Assembly: GCA_963677495.2 (NCBI GenBank)
Contig: CAXXOU010000002.1
Coordinates: 310,624-374,623 of the forward strand
Direction of reading: 5' to 3'
DNA from: Candidatus Cloacimonadales bacterium
GTDB taxonomy: Bacteria > Cloacimonadota > Cloacimonadia > Cloacimonadales > JAFGVF01
Length of the DNA: 64,000 nt
Shown here: one piece after another, positions 9,259 to 17,098 of the stretch
Position numbering within the stretch: position 1 is the stretch's first letter
Layout of the letters: every line of letters begins with the position of its first letter
Notes under the pieces: generated by a model
What the model was told of the DNA's origin: nothing
Seen by the model: the letters and a program-made list of their open reading frames with translations, nothing else
Database searches by the model: none
Made by a program: the position numbers and the translations under genes

Positions 9259-10660
9259 GGACTTGCACTGCAACGCTAGTGCCTGAGAAGCCGTAATCGA
9301 TAAGAGAAGGCTCTTGGGACGAGAACGAAAATCTTACCTCGCGTCCATAGGAGCTTGCGTACTTCGACTCAAAGCGATGTCTTGTTTCAACACCTGTACC
9401 TTTGGAATGGTTGAAAACCTTGCAAATGGTGCACTTCGAAGGGAAAGCACCTCGCAATTGTAACGAAACCCGCTTCGAATGACGACTCTGTCGTCACAGC
9501 AACTCAGGAGAGTCGCAGTACAATGTAGTGCGAGTGTCCACACTTGCACATAGCTTGCAAGGCTATATTGTGGAAGCTTATCGTGTACTGAAACTAGTAT
9601 TGACTGAAGAGATGCCAGCTGTAGAGAACATACTTGGACTGTAATATTCTAAATTACGGTCAGTGGAAGCTGACGACTCTGTCGTCACAGCAACTCAGGA
9701 GAGTCGCAGTACAATGTAGTGCGAGTACCCTCATTTGCACAAAACTCCTTCAGCTTGTTTTAGCCTTGAAGAGGTGTCTGTTTAATAGCCACATGCTTTG
9801 GCATGTGGTAAACGTAATCTAAGAAGATGTAGCCCTAAAGGGGCGTAAGATTAACATGTTTAGAGATCCGACGCCCCTTCAGGGCTAATCTTGACCGAGA
9901 ACTATAACCCCAAGTGACAAGCCGCATGGGGCTATTGAACAATCACTCTTTCAGAGCTTAATTATTCCATTATTATTCCTTATTTTCTCTATTACAATTC
10001 CTGCGAAACACTTGAACAAACCTTGAGCATTACTTGAGCAATACTTGGGGATATGCCCAAGTATTGGACAAGTGATTCGAAAGCTATTCGGAAGAAATGA
10101 AGAACTATTGTAAGAGAGCAAAAAATGAAAATGCCATCTGCAATCTGTACCTTTGGAATGGTTGTAAACCTTGCAAATGGTGCACTTCGTAGGAAGAAAC
10201 ACCACACCGTTAAAACGGCACCCCTCTACAAGAGGGGAATGTCCAAGAGCACCATTTCGAAGGTCTAAGGACCATTTGAAAGGTAGTATATTGCCATATT
10301 TCGCTATGAGTCCAACTCCCATTCTGTCGCTTTGACTCCAGCTAACAATTTTCCACTAACAATTTTCCCAAATTTGCCCTTCCTCATCCCTTCCGGTTCC
10401 GTGAATAAAAAAGGTGTTTCAAAGGTTAGCCACAGGTGACCCTCTCGTGACCCTCTCGTGGAATGGCTCGATTTATCCACATGATGTGGATAACTTGAAT
10501 ATTTATGGAAAACTTGTCGTAGTCACGCGACTGGAAGGGATGCGTAATGCTTATTTTCAGCAAAATTTGGTTGCAAAATTTGTTTACACTCTGTAAGTAA
10601 GATTTATTTCAAAGTGTGTAAAGGTACCATTTTCAAGGTCTGAGGACCATTGAAAATGTA
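9259..10660. repeat. Non-coding island of mixed REP-like palindromic repeats
   Basis: Identical 56-bp repeats at 9480-9535 and 9671-9726; near-identical 44-bp repeats at 9395-9438 and 10146-10189; several hairpins; no credible ORF. Confidence 0.75.
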
Positions 10661-10675
10661 TATTGCTATGATAAT

Positions 10676-10705
10676 AAAAAAGCCCCAAAATTGCTTTGGG
10701 GCTTT
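10676..10705 (-). terminator. Intrinsic terminator
   Basis: AAAGCCCCAAA/TTTGGGGCTTT stem; the A-run gives a U-tail on the minus strand. Confidence 0.7.
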
Positions 10706-10725
10706 CTTAAAAGTGTTTGGGTAAA

Positions 10726-11796
10726 TTATCTATGATAAAGCTGTCTGGTTTCCCATGCTATGTTTTGCAGTATAGGACGTTCAGTTTCATCTACAATTGT
10801 ACCATGATCCCAATCTGAGCCTAATGCTGATTCACCCCAAAAAGCTGAATAGAACATGCATGCAGCTAAATATGTACCTTCCGGAGTTGGGTGATTGCCA
10901 TCTGCTTGGTACAATTCTATCTCTGGATACTGATTGCGGCATCTTTGGAATGCTCTGCCTACAGCAATTACTGGTGCACCAATCTCGTAACCAATGTGAT
11001 TGTACGCTGCAGCTTGCATCTCTATCATTGTTTCGAATGTGCCTTGATATGGGGCACTCATAAAGAGAACAGTTTGAGCACCTGATGCAGTGATGATATT
11101 ATTGAAAAGTGTTACATATTCATAGAATATCTCAGGGCTGTTTACAGGCCAGGAAGTGTTTTCTTGAAGAACCACATAGTCATAGTTTCCATTAGTTATT
11201 GCATCTTGAGTAGTCTGATTACCCCAATGTCCTTGAAGAGTCATTCCTCCACCTGTTATGTCTTCGCAAATAATATCAGTTTCAGGGTTAAGGTCTTCTG
11301 CTATTGCTTCTAAATGAACATATACACCACTATTGTAATAGGTGATACTGTTACCAATAAAGAGGATACGCGTTGGTGATTCAACATCCTCACCAAAATC
11401 TACTATTATTTCTAATTCACCTGTATTCGGGTTCATAGTTACATCAATGTTTGCAGTTGCTGTTTCTCCTGCAACAATAGTAGCAGTTCCGGTACCGGAA
11501 CCAATAACGTCGTCATCTTCATAAATGTTGACTGTTATGGAATATTCACCCGATTGTAGGTCTGTAAATCTTCCGGTTGCGGTGGAGCCATCAATTTCAA
11601 GTTCTAATGATTCGAAGAAATCTCCAGATGTGATTGAAACTATCACCCGTGATATTCGATAATTCATTTCAACAGCAGACGCGAGATCTAAAGAGATTGG
11701 AAGTTCACCTGTTTTCGTTTCCGGTTTAGTGGATTCAGTACCACATCCAACTAAAAGGAGGGTTACTAAAAGTAATATAGAGAAAAGCTTATTCAT
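10726..11796 (-). CDS. Lipoprotein with an Ig-like domain and an SGNH/GDSL-like hydrolase domain
   Basis: Lipobox LVGC; ILFIGNSITY block I, VVLQE, DGNHP catalytic block. Confidence 0.75.
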   Translation of the reverse strand: MNKLFSILLLVTLLLVGCGTESTKPETKTGELPISLDLASAVEMNYRISRVIVSITSGDFFESLELEIDGSTATGRFTDLQSGEYSITVNIYEDDDVIGSGTGTATIVAGETATANIDVTMNPNTGELEIIVDFGEDVESPTRILFIGNSITYYNSGVYVHLEAIAEDLNPETDIICEDITGGGMTLQGHWGNQTTQDAITNGNYDYVVLQENTSWPVNSPEIFYEYVTLFNNIITASGAQTVLFMSAPYQGTFETMIEMQAAAYNHIGYEIGAPVIAVGRAFQRCRNQYPEIELYQADGNHPTPEGTYLAACMFYSAFWGESALGSDWDHGTIVDETERPILQNIAWETRQLYHR

Positions 11797-13426
11797 TATT
11801 ATCTCCTGAATCACTTAAATAAAGTTTTGCTTTGTTTATAACTTCAGTTTCAACACCTAGTAGTTCAGCAATCATCAGTGCTGTCCTTGGTGGTTGTCTC
11901 TCATTATCAAGTTTGATTAAGTTAAATTTTTGAATCTTATTTAGTTTAGCAATTCTTGATTCAGTGTCAAGAATCTCTTCTGATTTAATCTCATTAAACA
12001 GTTCTTCCGTTAAGCCGGGTATAACAAAATGGTCAGCATCATGAATCATTGCCGGGGCAGTGAAGTGGGTAGATGTGAAGACAAAGTGTTCTGAATCTTT
12101 GAATGACTCCAGCACTGCTCTGCATAAGGCTTCACCCTCTTGCGGGTTAGTTCCACGAGCAAACTCGTCAATAAGGAATAGTCCTTTACCTGGCTGATCT
12201 TTATGCTTCTGAAGTTCAACAATATTGAAAGCAAAACTACTCAAATTATCTCCTTGCAGATGAGGATCATATCCGCTGAAGTAGATGAAATCAAAGAGCG
12301 GTATCTCAGCATAACTACAAGGAACAGGGATTGCGTATGCTGCTAAGTAAGCTAGTTGACCAATAGTCTTAAGTGCTGAAGTTTTCCCTGCCATATTAGC
12401 ACCAATCAGGATTGATAAAGGATTCTCAAGCTCAATATCAATTGCTTGATAACTCAAGCCTGCCTTTGTAAGTTCCCTCTTCATGGGTATATTTACTACA
12501 TTACTGATAATAAATCTATCCATATCATCAATATGAGGAACAGAACAATTATACTTGTAAGCAAATAGAGCTTTAGCAAACCTGATGTCAAAGAGAGCAA
12601 TCCTGTTTTGAGTTTTAATGATGTTATCTAGGAAGTGCTCTCTAATGTGCTCAGTAATAAACATTCTTGCTGTATGTTCAGCTTTCCTAATTGCAGTTAT
12701 TGTTTCTGCTGTTTGCCTTGCATTCTCAAGATCTTCTTCGTCATCTTTTAATTTGTATATAATATTAGCAAAGTTCTGTTTTGTTCTCACGAACAACCCA
12801 CACTCATCTAAACTCTTAATCATCTTCATATTTGTTCTCGATACTATGATATCACTTTCGCATTTAGTAAGATTCAAGAGCTCTTTAGCTTTATTGATTT
12901 TATTTTGTTGCTTAAGTTTGCTTATTCGTGCTAGTTCAGCAAGTTTTAGTCTTAGATTTGTGAGTTCTTTAGAAAACTCATCATATAATTGAAAAGATGA
13001 AGTTTCCGATTGTCTAGGGTCAAGATAGTGATACAACTCTTTCATCTCATGCAGGTCGGGAGGACAGAGATGGCATTCTGACATAAGCTCAGTTATTTTT
13101 CTTATCGCTAGTGCAAAGACTTTAATCTCTTGTAGTTCAAATAGCTCCAAAACATTATCTCTAGCACCATGTAAAGTACCAGATAAATCTTTTATATGTG
13201 AGAGCCAAAGCTTAATCCCTTCAATTCTACCTAAATCATCTTTAAAATGGGAGATGATTCCTGAAACAATCTCATACTCTTTTCGAGCTTCTTCAATCTC
13301 ATTAGGAGTAAAAGGTTTTAACTCAGCTTTAAGTTTCTTACCAGGCTCCGACTGAGGGTTAATATTAGAGATAATACTCTGTAGTTCTAAGATTCTGTAT
13401 GATTGCTTATCTGTTATTTTATGCAT
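11789..13426 (-). CDS. MutS-related ATPase (domain V; no mismatch-binding domain evident)
   Basis: GANMAGKT Walker A, LSSF, LIDEFARGTNPQEG, TSTH. Confidence 0.8.
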   Translation of the reverse strand: MHKITDKQSYRILELQSIISNINPQSEPGKKLKAELKPFTPNEIEEARKEYEIVSGIISHFKDDLGRIEGIKLWLSHIKDLSGTLHGARDNVLELFELQEIKVFALAIRKITELMSECHLCPPDLHEMKELYHYLDPRQSETSSFQLYDEFSKELTNLRLKLAELARISKLKQQNKINKAKELLNLTKCESDIIVSRTNMKMIKSLDECGLFVRTKQNFANIIYKLKDDEEDLENARQTAETITAIRKAEHTARMFITEHIREHFLDNIIKTQNRIALFDIRFAKALFAYKYNCSVPHIDDMDRFIISNVVNIPMKRELTKAGLSYQAIDIELENPLSILIGANMAGKTSALKTIGQLAYLAAYAIPVPCSYAEIPLFDFIYFSGYDPHLQGDNLSSFAFNIVELQKHKDQPGKGLFLIDEFARGTNPQEGEALCRAVLESFKDSEHFVFTSTHFTAPAMIHDADHFVIPGLTEELFNEIKSEEILDTESRIAKLNKIQKFNLIKLDNERQPPRTALMIAELLGVETEVINKAKLYLSDSGDNNE

Positions 13427-13583
13427 TGTCTCTCCGATTCATAGCGATATCATCATGCAAAGTATGAGATAGTTAGCGTCAAGTTTTTTGTCATCTATGT
13501 CATTGTAATATCATTTTCCTTGACACTATAGTCGAATCAGCAAACTGATTTTTACTTGATAATTCTCATTTAAAGGAGCTATT

Positions 13584-14570
13584 ATGTTGAAGATAGGCGT
13601 TGTAGGCGTTGGCCACTTAGGAAGACATCATGCCAGAATTCTCAGCACCCTCAGTAATTGCGAGATGGTTGGGATTTACGATAATGATAACGAGAGAGCG
13701 GAAGCTATTGCTAAAGAGTTTGGATTGAAGAGTTTTGAAAGCTATGAGAGTCTTTTGCAGAATATTGATGCAATTGATATTGCAGTAACCACAACTTATC
13801 ATTACGAACTTGCCAAGCAAGCTTTGGAAGCTAAGAAGCATGTTTTCATTGAGAAACCTATCACAACAACAGTAGCTCAAGGTGAAGAACTTATAAAGAT
13901 TGCTAAAGCTAATGGTGTAAAACTACAGGTTGGACATATCGAGAGATTCAACCCTGTAATCGTTAAATCAGCTGATTTAATTGGTTCACCTTTGTTTATA
14001 GAATCACATAGGCTTCATAAATTCAACCCACGAGGTACTGATGTACCTGTAGTGCTTGACCTTATGATTCATGATATTGATTTGATACTTAGCTTTGTGA
14101 AGAGTGATATTGTTGATATCCAGGCAAGCGGTGTTGGAATTGTTACTGATAGTATTGATATCGCTAATGCAAGACTTCAGTTTGCTAACGGTGCTGTTGC
14201 AAATATTACAACCAGCCGTATCTCAATGAAGATGGAAAGAAAGATTAGATTCTTCCAGAAAGAAGCTTATATCTCTGTGAATTTCCAAGATAAGGAGATT
14301 CTCGCTATTCGTAAATCCAAAGATCTTAAGAAGATTCTTCCATCTATTCTATTAGGTGAGAAGAACTTCAATCCGGAAGATCTGGTGGAACAGGAAGTTA
14401 TTACAGCTGAAGATATTATTAAAGATGCCCTTACTATGGAGCTTGAATCATTTGTTAATGCTATTGAAAAGGACACAGATCCAATTTGCAGTGGTGAAGA
14501 TGGACTCAAAGCTCTTAAAGTGGCACAAAAGATTATAGATAAGATAAATAACCATATGGTTATGAACTAG
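13584..14570 (+). CDS. Gfo/Idh/MocA oxidoreductase (GnnA-like)
   Basis: GVGHLG Rossmann motif, IEKP, VGHIERFNP, DLMIHDID. Confidence 0.85.
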   Translation: MLKIGVVGVGHLGRHHARILSTLSNCEMVGIYDNDNERAEAIAKEFGLKSFESYESLLQNIDAIDIAVTTTYHYELAKQALEAKKHVFIEKPITTTVAQGEELIKIAKANGVKLQVGHIERFNPVIVKSADLIGSPLFIESHRLHKFNPRGTDVPVVLDLMIHDIDLILSFVKSDIVDIQASGVGIVTDSIDIANARLQFANGAVANITTSRISMKMERKIRFFQKEAYISVNFQDKEILAIRKSKDLKKILPSILLGEKNFNPEDLVEQEVITAEDIIKDALTMELESFVNAIEKDTDPICSGEDGLKALKVAQKIIDKINNHMVMN

Positions 14571-14592
14571 AATATATTAAGTGGAGTTATAA

Positions 14593-15888
14593 ATGAAAGA
14601 TGTACAAGTAAAAGATATAAAGAACCATTTAGGTGAAGAGGTTCGACTTAACGGTTGGGTTAAAAACATCCGTTCAAGCGGTAAGTTACTCTTTATCATT
14701 TTCAGAGACGGCACAGGTTGGTTACAAGCTGTAGTTTTTAAACCTGGGATTGGAGAAGAGAAGTTTGCTTATGCGAAAACTCTTACTCTCGAGTCTTCTG
14801 TTTCCATCATTGGTGTTCCTAAAAAGCATCCGAAGAAAGAGGATGTATATGAAGTTGATGTGAATGATGTGCAGATTGTCCAACTCACTGATGACTATCC
14901 TATCAGTAACAAAGAGCATGGACCAGACTTCCTTCTTTCAAACAGACATCTCTGGATACGTTCATCTAAGCAATGGGCTAACTTGCGTGTAAGACATACA
15001 GTTTATTTCGCTATCTGTGAGTATCTTAACAATAATGATTTCATTAGATTCGATTCACCTATTCTTACTCCGAATGCTTGTGAAGGAACTACTACACTCT
15101 TTGATGTTGATTACTTTGATCAAGGTAAAGCGTATCTTTCACAGTCTGGTCAGCTATATCTTGAACCGGCTATTATGAGTCTTGGTAAAGTTTATGACTT
15201 CGGTCCTGTTTTCCGTGCTGAAAAATCAAAGACTCGTAAGCATCTCACAGAGTTCTGGATGATGGATGCTGAAGCTGCTTATGTTGAACATGCTGAAAAC
15301 ATGAAGATTCAGGAAGGGATGATTAGACACGTAATCAATAGCGTTGTTGAGAAGTGTGCGAAAGAACTTGAGATTCTTGAAAGAGATGTTGAGCAACTTA
15401 AGAAAGCTGATGCTCCTTTCAAGATTATCACTCACAAAGAAGCTGTTGATATTTGTCGTGCAAAAGGCTCAGAGATGGGTTATGATGAGGACTTCGGTGC
15501 TGCAGAAGAGAGCATGATTACTGAAGGTTCTGATGTCCCTGTATTCATTGAGAAATGGCCTAAAGAGATTAAGGCTTTCTATATGAAACGTGACCCTGAG
15601 AACCCTGAGCTTGTGCTTGGTAGTGACCTTATTGCACCTGAGGAGTTTGGTGAGATTATCGGTGGCTCACAGCGTGAAGATGATTATGACCTGCTTCGTG
15701 AAAGAATGGTTGCTGAAGATATGGATATTGAAGCATATCAGTGGTATCTTGATATGAGAAAGTACGGTTCAGTCCCACATAGTGGTTTCGGGGTTGGTCT
15801 TGAAAGACTTACTCAGTGGATGACCGGTACTCGTCATATCCGTGAAGTTATCCCATTCCCACGTATGATTTATAGAATCTATCCATAA
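14593..15888 (+). CDS. asnS: Asparagine--tRNA ligase
   Basis: N-terminal OB fold; YLSQSGQLY, FRAEKSKTRKHLTEFWM, EIIGGSQRE, PHSGFGVGLER. Confidence 0.92.
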   Translation: MKDVQVKDIKNHLGEEVRLNGWVKNIRSSGKLLFIIFRDGTGWLQAVVFKPGIGEEKFAYAKTLTLESSVSIIGVPKKHPKKEDVYEVDVNDVQIVQLTDDYPISNKEHGPDFLLSNRHLWIRSSKQWANLRVRHTVYFAICEYLNNNDFIRFDSPILTPNACEGTTTLFDVDYFDQGKAYLSQSGQLYLEPAIMSLGKVYDFGPVFRAEKSKTRKHLTEFWMMDAEAAYVEHAENMKIQEGMIRHVINSVVEKCAKELEILERDVEQLKKADAPFKIITHKEAVDICRAKGSEMGYDEDFGAAEESMITEGSDVPVFIEKWPKEIKAFYMKRDPENPELVLGSDLIAPEEFGEIIGGSQREDDYDLLRERMVAEDMDIEAYQWYLDMRKYGSVPHSGFGVGLERLTQWMTGTRHIREVIPFPRMIYRIYP

Positions 15889-15909
15889 GAGATAGTTGAT
15901 ATATTGTTT

Positions 15910-15938
15910 AAGGGCACACTTGTTGTGCCCTTTTCTTT
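15910..15938 (+). terminator. Intrinsic terminator after asnS
   Basis: AAGGGCACA/TGTGCCCTT stem plus T-tract. Confidence 0.7.
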
Positions 15939-16072
15939 ATGGAATGCACCATCTGCGTTGGTGCGTCTTGTCATGTCCTACAATGTTGGAGACATAGCGA
16001 GAGCTTCTCTGACGAAATCCCTTGATTGTTTAAAACTTGCTCTAACTATAGCTATACACAGTTTCAGAAGCT

Positions 16073-16540
16073 GTCACTAGTGCGAGTTTACGAGCTTGGG
16101 GAAATGCGTTAATGCTTCATTGACACTTACTCACTTCGAAGTCGCAATTCCCCAAGCTCCCAAGCTCCTTCCAGTCGCACAGGTGACTGCTTCAGAATTT
16201 GTACACAGTGCGATTTGCAATAACTTACATCATTTCAAGGAGTTTGTCAGCCTGATAAGGCAACGGACTTCCTTAAATGTACTTCGAAGTCACTTTTCCC
16301 TGATTTCGTTCTCTCGTCACGCTGTCGCTGCAACGCAAGTCCGAAATTGACATACACAGTGACTTTTGCAATGACTTAGCTACAATTTATGCCCTTTTTT
16401 ATCCCTTTTACTGCTCTATCCGGCAACGCACTGTGTCTGCACTGTGCACGCACTGTGAAGGCACTGCCAACCCACTGTTTCACTGGGTTCACAGTGCGTG
16501 CACAGTGGGAAAACAGTGGGATGAGTGTGTTTTGATAGAA
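16073..16540 (+). repeat. Composite repeat element, copy 1 (shared ~340-bp core at 16201-16538)
   Basis: Aligns by eye with 58021-58366 (same strand) and 37121-37466 (inverted); contains a REP unit and an 11-bp-period palindrome. Confidence 0.85.
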
Positions 16541-16845
16541 GGTTTACATCAACTCTCACTCACCAGACCTGCACCGTGTGTATCAAACTTGGCTTAAAGC
16601 TTCGTCTTGCCAGGTGTGCTCAAGATTTTGTTATGTGTATTATCCTGTACTGCTAACTAATCTGAATTAGATTAAACCCTATCACATATTAAAAAAATCA
16701 TAAAAAATAGGACACTTTGTTTACAGCTTATAGTAGATAATACTAACAGAATCTACATTGCATCTCACCTAAATATTCAAAAGAAGATATATTCTAATTG
16801 ATTATAAGCGGGGGTTACTTGCCTTGTGAAAAGATAATATATGCT

Positions 16846-16861
16846 TGGAATATATTTTGCA
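16846..16861 (+). promoter_or_regulatory. Candidate sigma-54 -24/-12 promoter
   Basis: TGGAATATATTTTGCA fits GG-N10-GC. Confidence 0.35.
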
Positions 16862-17098
16862 TGCTAAATAAGGTGTAGGAAATCATGATAGGAGGTAACT
16901 ATGAGATTTCATAATAATTATACTTAAATTAGGTTTCGATGACACTTTTGTAGGACTTTTAAATAGTTAACTGTAAAAAAAACTAATGATTACGTGTTTT
17001 AACTTCAAAGCTTAGTTATTACTTATTTTTATAGGTAATTGGCATTCTAAAACAGATAGCCTTTTGCTATCACAAATTCATATTATCGGAGGATAATT

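Noticed and set aside
10473..10493. Chromosomal replication origin
   Set aside because: Only two DnaA boxes, and no dnaA/dnaN/gidA context; kept only as a low-interest observation
9242..10596. Short ORFs inside the repeat island, and at 16096-16350, 57869-58075 and 60496-60678
   Set aside because: Built from repeat sequence; shared peptides such as SAPFARF simply reflect the DNA repeat
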